NCBI GenBank assembly: GCA_951406725.2
Contig: OX597820.1
Coordinates: 27,466,001 to 27,530,000, forward strand
Length of the DNA: 64,000 nt
Origin: Octopus vulgaris
Lineage: Eukaryota
Direction: 5' to 3'
The translations under genes were made by a program, and so were the position numbers. Of the stretch, positions 1-10,826 are shown piece by piece. The notes under the pieces are model-generated. The model was not told the origin of the DNA and ran no database searches. It saw only the letters and a list, made by a program, of their open reading frames with translations. Numbering within the stretch: the first letter of the stretch is position 1; each line of letters opens with the position of its first letter.

Positions 1-463
1 CAACACCAAACTCCATTCATAAAACATATCGTATACACAAAGCGTTATCTCCCACACAATAACACGGTACATCACGTCCATAATATAACAACTAATCTAA
101 TGTACGCCATATACAATATAACGAGCCACAGTATATGCACAACAGTTTGCCATTTACACACAGGCGCGCTCGCACACACACATACATATATGTATATGCA
201 TGTATATATATACACACACACATATATATGTGTGTGTATGTATGTATGTATAGTACAATAACATACTTCAATAAAAGGAAAGGAAAATAAAGCCGCAATG
301 ACGCAAGCATCCATGCACAAGTGTGTCTACCTTTTTCGTTTCAACCAATACAGAACCGAGACTTGCAAAGTTGGAAAGTAGTTCACGAACACACACTCAC
401 ACACAGAGACACACAGACAAACAGACAGGAACACACTACATACACACTACATACAAGCACAAA

Positions 464-513
<50 letters not shown>

Positions 514-840
514 TATGTACACAAACACAAGAAGTAGAACCTACTTCATACGTACATCAACAGACATAACTATTCGTGCATTTATGAAAAAAAATCCCGC
601 AAACATTGGAAATAAACAAACACGGAGACAATAATCTAAGTGAAGTATATGCACACATACACAAATACAGGCCGCTTTGTAATAGAAAACACGAAAGGAA
701 TATATTTTTTGTTTGGAAAACTAAATTTTAATCCACCTAATTTATAATTCATGTTATTCTAATTCATTTCATTTCGAGCCACATTTTAAGTACATTTTCC
801 ATTGGTTCTTGTGTGATAATAAATAAACAGATATTGATGA

Positions 841-1080
<240 letters not shown>

Positions 1081-1083
<3 letters not shown>

Positions 1084-1560
1084 AGCGAATGTTTTAAAAA
1101 AAGATGGGTGAATGTAGCAAGGATGGCACGTATGAATGACGAAGCCACCTTGAGCATAATCCTATGAACCCAGAAATTGAAAACAGAAAGTTACCCACTT
1201 GCAAACAAATGTGGTAACATATAACAATATTGACCGAGGTTACCGTGGTCTTTTTCGTAGGCTTTTCTTCCCACGGATAAACATTATCTGCTTCCCCCTT
1301 TACACCGTACATCATGACACTGTGATACACGATGCCTATTGATCGTTTTTTTCCCTCTTCCCCTTTTTTCCTCTTTTTTCTTCTTTTTTCTTTTTTGTTT
1401 TCTTTTGTTTCTTTTCCTTTGTTTCTTTTTTTCTTTTTTCCCCTTTTACGATCCCTTTTGATCGAAAACCTACGCCACCTTTTTTTTTCATCCCCAAAAG
1501 AAAAGCTCTACCTTGTAATTTGTCCCATCTGAGTGAAGCCCTGTGTGGCCAATAAAGAAA
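1081..1560 (+). mobile_element. 5'-truncated L1/Tx1-like LINE 3' end inserted in (TATC)n
   Basis: Frame from 1081 reads [28 protein letters not shown] (F..RW C-terminus typical of Tx1 ORF2). It is followed by a pyrimidine-rich 3' UTR, AATAAA at 1551-1556, then tatc repeats resume. Confidence 0.6.
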
Positions 1561-3676
1561 CTTATCTATCTATCTAACTTTCATTCTTTCTTTCTGTGTA
1601 TATGATAGTGTTTGCTGGCAAGCACCTCTGGAGTTAGAGAGTAGTAAGTGCAGTGGTGTTTTTGTTTTTCGGAATCCCTAGAGTTGTTGAAAAAAAAACA
1701 AAAAAACACGCTCACTAATATGTTCCAAAAGGAGGTCATTCGGTTCAGCGACATCTATGGATAACTTCCAGCAGCCCTTAGTCCAGCAGTGCTTGTGAGG
1801 AACTCTAAGGGTTCGAAATATAGTATAAATGCATGGACGTGCTGTGAGCCGGGCCTGTTCGAAATGCTCAAAGAATATGGACAAAAGGTTTAAGCAAGAT
1901 GCTTATGAACAGTGTATTTGTTCTATGAAATCTGGGGTAAGGTGTTGATTAACTTGATTCAAATATCTCCTCTGACTGAACAGTTACCTCAAAAGAGGTA
2001 AATACTTCTTAATAATATTTGGTACGATTAGAAATTTGAATTTGAAATTAAGGAATTATTACATAAAAGATGCGCAGAATTCACATATTTGAAGTTTTTT
2101 GTTTACTTATTACGAAACACTTAAAATTTCTGGTCAGTGATTCTCATGTTCAGCATTATTTCTTTCTTATTAGAAATCGCCAGAAATATATATAACCTGT
2201 GACATATTAATTAAGCAATTTATGAAGCGAGACATTTAATTATAGAGGAAAAATAATTACTCTGACAGAAATTCGTGAAATATGTTAGTTTTTTAAATTG
2301 ATCATCATATAGCGTTCGTTCTTTAGTAATCAATCGAAAGAGCGAAAAAAGCTCTTAGTGTTCACATACAAGATAACTGTTTCCAGTTCTTTACTGGTAG
2401 TTAATTGAATCGGCCTTGAAGATTTCAACGGTAAAGATGTCTTGGCGGTATTTGAACCCGGAGCCAATGATCTAGAAACAATCCTGCAAGATATGTTCTC
2501 CTATACCCCTAATAATTTTGCCAATCTTCCTCAAAAGATAAAGTAATAATATGTAACTATTCCGTGGGCTTTGTAGAAAGATTTCGCTTGTATATTCCGC
2601 TTACCAATGTCACAACAATAGCCTTCTTTGTTCCTAAATACATGATAAAGCTACATTCAAATGTGGCTGCACATTGAAACCCGACCTACAGAGCTGCCAG
2701 ACAAATTAGGTTTGGTAAGTCGATCGATAAAGGTTATATCAGTGCATGTTGATTCCTCAAAGTAATTTAAGAAGAAAAAATAATCAAGTATTAAATTATT
2801 ATTGTGAATTTTGTTTTTAAAAATTTATATAAAATTAGGCAAAATATTTTTTTTTAAAAAAAGCATCTTTTAACTGGCTGGAACACTCACATTAGTGAAA
2901 TCCTGAATCAGTATTAATAAAGAAATTATTGAGAAATTTCTGGTTACATAAAATAGATAATAATGGTAAGAAATATAAAACGTAAAGCAAATCTTCCAAA
3001 TAATCGATAAATAACTCTTTCAAACTAATCAATAATTAACTATTTAAACTAGTCGATAAATACAAAACGTTAATGATGGAATAAAGGTGAACTGCACGAG
3101 ACGAAAACAAAACTAAAGAAAACCACAAAAGAACTGAATAAAAATAAAAGAAAACTTTTATGCTGGATGTTAGTCAAGAACTGGAATGTGTGTCTGGGTT
3201 TGAAGTATAAAGAGTTAAAGTATGTGAGCGAAAGTACGATGGGTCAAAGCATATGGGTTAAAGTTAGTCTGTATTATGAAAGAATAACGTATTATTATGG
3301 GTAAAATTTTGATGGGATAATACGTGATGGGGTAAAATATGATGGGCTAAAAGTATGGTGCATTAAATTGTTGCGGATAAATACGACTGGTTTACGTTCT
3401 GTTCTTTTATTCTTTTACTGGTTTCAGTCGTTTCACTGCAGCCATGCTGGAGCAGCGCTTTTAGTCGAACGAATCGACCCCCAGGACATATTCTTTGTAA
3501 GCCTAGCACTTATTCTATCGGTTTCTTTTTGCCAAACTGCTATGTGACGGGGACGTAAACAAACCAACATCGGTTGTCAAGCGATGGTGGGGGGACAAGC
3601 ACACACACACATATACATACATATACACACACACACACACATACACAAACACACACACATATATATATATATGTAT

Positions 3677-3860
3677 AGGGAGAATTCACAAAAACACAAA
3701 AGACGAAGACAGGTGGTGTAGACAACAAACAGATGTATCAGTATAAAGGCTCAGGAAGTGAAAAAGGTTTTAACGTTCCGAGCCTACGCTCTTCCACAGA
3801 AAGGAACACAGAAAGAAACCATGAGAGAAAATAAAGAATGTGTAGTGGCTAGCGATCTAT
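3677..3860 (-). mobile_element. Penelope-like terminal fragment with degenerate hammerhead motif
   Basis: Reverse complement resembles 63876-64000. Contains ttt-CTGTGGA-a-gagc-gtag-gctc-GGAA-cg-TT-aaa and sits between (TA)n tracts. Confidence 0.5.
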
Positions 3861-3875
3861 ATATATGTATGTGAG

Positions 3876-3936
<61 letters not shown>

Positions 3937-3955
3937 GGACACCGTGTTTCAGGAT

Positions 3956-3996
<41 letters not shown>

Positions 3997-4000
<4 letters not shown>

Positions 4001-4289
4001 CGTGATCACCGTGACCGACCAGGCTATCAGATGTTGCTACACATCGCTGGTCACAATGCGCTTCGCATTGTTTTAGCCTTCAAGTGATGCTACCCCGCTG
4101 GCTAAGCGAGCAGGCCAACAGAAGAAAGAGTAAGAGAAAGCTGTGGCGAAAGAGTACAGTAGGGATCGCCGGAGGCTCGTGGAGCTTTATGAGTTTTCGC
4201 TCAATAAACACTCACAACGGTCTGGGAATCCAAACCGCGATCCTACAACAGCGAGCCGCTGTCCTAAACACTGGGCCATTGCGGCCTCT

Positions 4290-4290
<1 letters not shown>
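3997..4290 (-). mobile_element. tRNA-derived SINE family A, 3' tail type 2
   Basis: Head gaggccgcaatggcccagtgtttagg is shared with 4687; the 3' part is unrelated to the other copies. Confidence 0.85.
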
Positions 4291-4322
<32 letters not shown>

Positions 4323-4686
4323 AAACAGGATTCTTTCAGTTTCTGTTTACCAAACCCGTTCACAAAGGTTTGGTCGGCCTGAGGCTATGGAAGACACTTG
4401 CTCAAGGTACCACGCAGTTGGACTGAACCCAGAACCATGTGTTTCGGAAGCAAGTTTCTTACCACACAGCCACACCTGCGCCTAAGTTGGTTTTTTAAAA
4501 ACCTTTTACTTTTTTATGTTTTCCCTTGCTTCAGTCATTAGACTGCGGCCATACTGGGGCACCATCACTCTGAGGGATTTAGCGGAAGGGATTGACTCGA
4601 ATTGTGGTTTTAAGCCTAATATTTAAACCTAAGCTATCAGACTCTTTACCGAGCCGCAAAGTTACGGGACATAAAACAAAGAAACT

Positions 4687-5070
4687 GTGGAGGCGCAATG
4701 GCCCAGTGGTTAGGGCAGCGGACTCGCGGTCATAGGATCGCGGTTTCGATTCCCAGACCGGGCGTTGTGAGTGTTTATTGAGCGAAAACACCTAAAAGCC
4801 CCACGAGGCTCCGGCAGGGGATGGTGGTGATCCCTGCTGTACTCTTTCACCACAACTTTCTTTCACTCTTACTTCCTGTTTCTGTTGTACCTGTATTTCA
4901 AAGGGCCGGCCTTGTCACTCTCTGTGTCACGCTGAATATCCCCCAGAACTATGTTAAGGGTACACTTGTCTGTGGAGTGCTCAGTCACTTACACGTTAAT
5001 TTCACGAGCAGGCTGTTCCGTTGATTCGGATCAACCGGAACCCTCGTCGTCGTAACCGACGGAGTGCTTC
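4687..5070 (+). mobile_element. tRNA-derived SINE family A, tail type 1, with 13-bp TSD
   Basis: Box A-like tggcccagtggt and box B-like gtttcgattccc. Flanked by aaaacaaagaaac at 4673-4685 and 5076-5088, inside an older family-C-like SINE. Confidence 0.92.
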
Positions 5071-5560
5071 AAAAGAAAACAAAGAAACACCAGTTGTCAA
5101 ACGGTGGCAGAGGACAAACACACCACAAACACAAACACATTCACCCACACACAGACACGAAGCAAGTGAAGCAGTAAGATAAAATATTAGTTTCGAAGTA
5201 TAAATTGGGCTATTTGAATGTAACAGTGTAGTCGATGAGGTATTGTAGAATGTACAGGGTGCGGCAGAAGTAACGCCCTTTAAAATGTCCTACGTGTCAG
5301 AAATATAGGTTGTGAGTGGTTCATCCCATTGCAGGAAGCCACATATTGGTGTAAAGTATGGAACGAGCGTTGGTCCGATCTAGCAATTGTCATAATACTA
5401 TTTTGTTATGAAGTGTGCATAGAGAAAGAGGGTAGGAGGGGAAAGTTTGCGTGTAAGTAACTTAGGTGGTTCTGGGCTAAAAAGAATTATATACATAAAT
5501 AGGTAAGGGTAAGGTATTGAGTAGGTGTTTAATTATTGGTTTATTATATGGGTTTGTAAA

Positions 5561-5880
5561 GGCGCATGGCTTAGTGGTTAGGGCATTCGGCTCACGATCG
5601 GAAGGTCGTGAGCTCGATTCCCGCCGATGCGTTGTGTCCTTGAGCAAGACACTTTATTTCACGTTGCTCCAGTCCACTTAGCTGGCAGAAATGAGTTGTA
5701 CCTGTATTTCAAAGAGCCGGCCTTGTTACGATCTGTGTCACGCTGAGTCTCCCTGAGAACTACGTTAGGGGTACACGTGTCTGTGGATTGCTCAGTCACT
5801 TGCACGTTAATTTCAAGAGCAGGCTGTTCCGTTGATCGTATCAGCTGGGACCCTCGTCCTCGTATCCGAAAGAGTGCTCC
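5561..5880 (+). mobile_element. tRNA-derived SINE family B (CORE-like centre) with tail type 1
   Basis: Different head (ggcgcatggcttagtggtt...gtgtccttgagcaagacac) but the same 3' ~180 bp as 4687-5070. Confidence 0.88.
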
Positions 5881-6241
5881 TATGTGGATTTGGAGTAGGG
5901 TAGCGTATATGTGTTAGGTATTTTGTGTATTTAACTGTAAGTTTGGGATGGTGTAAGTGGTTTGCGCTGGTGAGTAAGTCAACTACTAGGACTGAGGCTG
6001 GGATAGTGATATATATAGGATAGAGTGGGTTTAACGAAAATTAGAAAAGACAAATTGGCCTATATGCCGACAAAAATAAATATTTTCATGTTTTTATATT
6101 CAGTAGAGGCGGTTTAGGCATTAATATATTCAGGCGTTCCGTTAAACAGAGATCGCACCGCTTATCGGTAGTGCTATAAGACGAGGTGATTGCCAGGATA
6201 CACCATTGGATATATCTATCCCTTGGAGGCTTTCAACACCT

Positions 6242-6558
<317 letters not shown>

Positions 6559-6588
6559 TGAAACGAGTAATAGAATACAAGTAAAATA

Positions 6589-6643
<55 letters not shown>

Positions 6644-7085
6644 AATGTATACATATAAACATTTCATAAATACGACGCAAAAGCTAACATAGAAATGGCT
6701 TAGCTTATCAGCAAACAAGTATCAAACATGAAAATCAAAACTGCTTCCTATAGACAGGAAGAAGCCGGTTTCAATAGTTAGAAAATTTGAAGTTCAAAGA
6801 CAGCATACCATCAGAAGGAGACACGACACCGTTCTCGTGATCCCAGCTTACAATAAAAGAAAACCCAGCAGTAACAATGGAAATTACCGAGATTTCATTC
6901 CAAAAGATATGATTGTGTCTGTTATAAAGGAAATATAATAGAGAAAAACCTTCTGCCAAACTGAATATATCTAAAGGACACATGAAAGGTATATACACAC
7001 AAACGAATGCAATGATACATATGAAAACTGGAAAATTAGCCTCTTTTTCCAAAATACAAACTTATATAAACACATATGTAAATAG

Positions 7086-7109
7086 TCACACACACACGTG
7101 TGTGTCTGT

Positions 7110-7187
<78 letters not shown>

Positions 7188-7438
7188 GTATGTATATATA
7201 TATGTATATATATATATGCGTATATATATATATATATATGTATATATATAAAAATATATATGTATATATATACATATATATGTACATATATATACATATA
7301 TATGTATATATATATATACATATATATATGTATATATATATATATGTATGTATATAAACACACATACTTACATGCCCACATAAAACGTGCATACAAGTAA
7401 ACAGACACGTGAATATATATGTATGATGTGTGTGCATA

Positions 7439-7469
<31 letters not shown>

Positions 7470-7611
7470 ATGCATATATATATATATAAACATATATATA
7501 TATATGTATGTATGCATGTATGTATGTATGTATATATATATATATATAAATATATATAAACATATATATATATATATATGTATGTATGTATGTATATATA
7601 TATATATATAT
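7086..7611. repeat. Degenerate (TA)n/(TG)n/(TATG)n microsatellite flanking the LINE 3' end
   Basis: Direct observation. Confidence 0.95.
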
Positions 7612-7694
7612 ACTTTGATACTTTGATAGGTTTCGGCCATTATTGGCCCAGGCCATGTCTAACTTAATAGCACCACCTGGTGAAGTCTTTCAAG

Positions 7695-10600
7695 TCAGAA
7701 TTTGGGCACTATGGCCCACTCAAGTAGAGAGTTATTGTTTACAGAGACATATCCGGGTGTAGGGGGTTTATCCGGGATTTCTTGAAGGAATCTGTCCAAA
7801 GACTTCTTGAACCCTATAGGGTCAGTTTCTGTTTTAATGTGTTTTGGTGTAATGTTAAAGAGAGCGGGGCCAATTGAGGTGAAATAATTGTGCCGTATTG
7901 TTGTTATGAGATGAGAGTGCGATTTTTGTTTTGGGCGGATGGCACGGGGCCCAAGCCTTGGATGTACCTTAAAGGTGATGCCAACATCATTTGGGCAATG
8001 CTGATGGAATATTTTCCACATCATGCAGATGATGTAGCGCTCACGACGACGTTGGAGAGAATAGAGTTTTAGCTTTTCTAGTCGACCCCAATAGTCGAGG
8101 CCTGTCATGCCATCTATCTTTTTTGTGATTGCCCTTTGAGGTGCTTCGACTTTTATGATACCTTGCATTGTGTGGGGAGACCACAGTGGACAACAGTATT
8201 CAAGGTGGGGTCGGGCAAAAGTGGAGAAGAGAAGGATAATGGTGTGGATATCTCTCGACTGGAAAGTTCTGAGAATCCAGGAACACATTATGCGGGCCAT
8301 GTCAACTTTGGTGTTTATATGAGTGGCCCAGCTTACGTTGTTGTCCACAATTACTCCCAAGTCTCTGATGTTGTTGGACGCCGCGAGAGTTTCACCTGAA
8401 GGAAGGGAGTATGGGAGTTTCAGGGCATCCTCTTTTCCAAAGTGGATTAGCTCAAATTTATCCTCGTTCAGCAGCATATTGTTTTTTTCTGCCCATTGGA
8501 TAACAGCCAGTAGATCTGACTGAAGGCATGTCCGGTCACTCGCCTCATTTATGACCTTCTGTAGCTTGGAGTCATCTGCAAAGATTTTTATGTTGCTGTG
8601 CTTGATGATGTCATTAATGTCATTAATGTAAATGATGAAAAGAAGTGGGCCCAGCACAGTGCCTTGCGGAACGCCACTACTGACTTTGGCTGGGCTTGAT
8701 TTTACCCCTTCAACTACAACATGTTGAGATCTGTCTGTCAGGAAACACTTAATCCATTTCAGTAACTTTCCAGAGACACCAATGTTGGATAGTTTTTTCA
8801 ATAGGATCTTGTGATCGACCCTGTCGAAGGCCTTACTGAAATCAAGGTAGATGACATCGGTGTTGGAGCCCTCTCCCAAAGCTCTCAAAATGTCCTCAAA
8901 GTGATGCAGGAGCTGCGTTAGGCAGTCCCTTCCATTACGGAACCCATGTTGGTTGGAGATCAGCCGTCTGTTGCTTTCCAGAAATTGGGTTATTTGAGAT
9001 CTCACCACCCTCTCAAATACCTTGATGATATGAGAGGTGAGTGAGATCGGACGGTAATTCACTGCAAGGGACTTGTTTCCCTTTTTGAAAACTGGGACAA
9101 CAGACTGGGACAGAAGGTTTTTTGGAATATAGCCAGCATCCAGTGAGTTTCTCCACAGATTAGCAAGGGGAGATGCAAGTTGGTGTCGACACACCTTCAG
9201 GACACAAGCAGGGAACCTATCGGGGCCTACTGCTGAATTGTGTTTTATTTCGTTTATCGCCGCTAAGACATCAGGGGCACTAAACGTTATGTCCGATATA
9301 GTGTGTTGGGGGTTGACATCACTGATACAGCCCAGATCGACCATATCAGGATTGCTGAAAACAGAGCAGTATTGTTTCTGCAGTATCTCGGCCATGGATT
9401 TGGCATTATCTTGGAGAGTGCCAGTTTCGTCAATTAGAGGGCCTACAGTGGAGACAGTGACCCTGCGTTTCCTCGCAAATGAAAAGAACACTTTGGGGTT
9501 GAGTTTGATTTTTTCAATGGCCCACTTCTCCTCAGCTGATCTTTGGTTATTGATGAGGGACTTCATGCATTGTTGGAGGTTATATTTTTTGGATTCAAGC
9601 AGTGCGATAGCCGTCGAATGTGTGTGTTGCTGTTGGCAGTACTTTAGTTTGTTAATTTTTTTGTTTGTTCTTTTTATTTTTCTGATAATGGTTTTTCTGT
9701 TTTGGGGGATTCTGCACTTTTTGTTCACAGGTCTTGGTGGGGAGTGTTTTGCACATATGTCTGTGACGGTGTCTACAAAGATCTGCCAAGATGTTTTATG
9801 GTTGGTGGAGATGTGTGTATGTGTAAAGGACCAGTCAACATTTGATAGCTCGTTCCTGATTGCATCCCAGTTGGCTTTATGGAGATCCATGTTGTCAAAT
9901 GGGTGGGCTGGAGGAAGGTCACTAGGATTAGCTTTCGGCTGGTGGAATTTCATGTTACAGAGAACCATGTCATGGTCTGAAAGAAGGGTTTTTTCGACTG
10001 TAACGTTATGTATAGTGTTAGTGTGGTTACTAAACACTAGGTCCAAAATGTTCTGATGTCTTGTTGGTGCAAGGACAAGTTGGGACAAGAAAAACTCATT
10101 CGTAAAGTCGAAAAGTGACTCTGCTGCTTCTTTGTCAGCGGTTGAGACGGGAGTGCTTGGTTTCAAACAGTTTGTAGTCCAGTCAACACAGGGTAGATTG
10201 AAGTCTCCCATCATGAGTATGTTGCTAGAATGGCACTGTTGAATAAAGCACTTAATACTGTTGAGGCATTCTTTAAAGCACAGTATGGGTGTTTGGGGCG
10301 GCCTATAGAGCCCAATTACTGTCAGATCATTGGCTTTGTTGTGCACGGTGACTGATTCACAGTAGCCGTTGGAGAATATACTATTTCCATCTGCCGTAAA
10401 TGAATCATGCAGGAAAATGGCAGTTCCACCCTTCCTCCTGCCGATACGATCCGCGCGGATGGTTGTGAAATTCTTCACTCTCACTTCGGCTTCCAAGTGG
10501 GAGTTGTCAAGGTGGGTCTCAGTGAGAATGAAGAAAGGGATGTGGTGTGAATGGTTACCAACCCAGTCTTCAATGAATTGGACCTTCCATTTTTGTGCAT

Positions 10601-10826
10601 TGATGGAAGGGCTGACACCTTGTGCATTGAGTAGGAATGTGGAGGTTAATGTAGTGGCTGGTTTTGACTGTTGCAGGGGGCTTGGATTTTTTGTGTGTGT
10701 TAGTGGCAGCAATGTGGGGAATTGGTGCACTGGGGTAATAGCATAGGATGGTGTTGAGTGATGGCTAGAATGTTTTTGTGTATCTCTTTTGCCATGTTCA
10801 ACATGGCTAAAAAAGAATTTTCCTGC
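7695..10826 (-). CDS. LINE ORF2: apurinic-type endonuclease + reverse transcriptase (frame open 10826-7695, no upstream ATG)
   Basis: APE motifs ILTETHL, MGDFN, LDLVFSN, SDHDMV. RT motifs NYRPISL, DFSKAFD, GVPQGTVLGPLLF, FADD. CR1-group C-terminus LQRRRERY...FKKSLD...NSLLEW. No stops over more than 1000 codons. Confidence 0.97.
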   Translation of the reverse strand, partial: AGKFFFSHVEHGKRDTQKHSSHHSTPSYAITPVHQFPTLLPLTHTKNPSPLQQSKPATTLTSTFLLNAQGVSPSINAQKWKVQFIEDWVGNHSHHIPFFILTETHLDNSHLEAEVRVKNFTTIRADRIGRRKGGTAIFLHDSFTADGNSIFSNGYCESVTVHNKANDLTVIGLYRPPQTPILCFKECLNSIKCFIQQCHSSNILMMGDFNLPCVDWTTNCLKPSTPVSTADKEAAESLFDFTNEFFLSQLVLAPTRHQNILDLVFSNHTNTIHNVTVEKTLLSDHDMVLCNMKFHQPKANPSDLPPAHPFDNMDLHKANWDAIRNELSNVDWSFTHTHISTNHKTSWQIFVDTVTDICAKHSPPRPVNKKCRIPQNRKTIIRKIKRTNKKINKLKYCQQQHTHSTAIALLESKKYNLQQCMKSLINNQRSAEEKWAIEKIKLNPKVFFSFARKRRVTVSTVGPLIDETGTLQDNAKSMAEILQKQYCSVFSNPDMVDLGCISDVNPQHTISDITFSAPDVLAAINEIKHNSAVGPDRFPACVLKVCRHQLASPLANLWRNSLDAGYIPKNLLSQSVVPVFKKGNKSLAVNYRPISLTSHIIKVFERVVRSQITQFLESNRRLISNQHGFRNGRDCLTQLLHHFEDILRALGEGSNTDVIYLDFSKAFDRVDHKILLKKLSNIGVSGKLLKWIKCFLTDRSQHVVVEGVKSSPAKVSSGVPQGTVLGPLLFIIYINDINDIIKHSNIKIFADDSKLQKVINEASDRTCLQSDLLAVIQWAEKNNMLLNEDKFELIHFGKEDALKLPYSLPSGETLAASNNIRDLGVIVDNNVSWATHINTKVDMARIMCSWILRTFQSRDIHTIILLFSTFARPHLEYCCPLWSPHTMQGIIKVEAPQRAITKKIDGMTGLDYWGRLEKLKLYSLQRRRERYIICMMWKIFHQHCPNDVGITFKVHPRLGPRAIRPKQKSHSHLITTIRHNYFTSIGPALFNITPKHIKTETDPIGFKKSLDRFLQEIPDKPPTPGYVSVNNNSLLEWAIVPKF

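Larger units (their letters stand above)
3400..4484 (-). mobile_element. tRNA-derived SINE family C (internal microsatellite), split by nested insertions
   Basis: The 3' half (3400-3600) and 5' half (4325-4484) match the intact copies at 36131, 45495, 52116 and 53362. The middle microsatellite hosts other elements. Confidence 0.85.

Noticed and set aside
1-81. Minus-strand ATG frame MDVMYRVIVWEITLCVYDMFYEWSLVL running off the window
   Set aside because: Only 27 codons visible and no motif; cannot be supported as a first coding exon without the adjacent sequence.
4687-4765. tRNA gene calls for SINE heads (also 5561, 47649, 62012 and others)
   Set aside because: Box A/B are present but acceptor stems are incomplete, and each continues into a repeated SINE body.
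9238-10056. 272-aa plus-strand ORF, and other plus-strand ORFs in 7890-12017
   Set aside because: Antisense shadows of LINE ORF1/ORF2 with no recognisable motifs.
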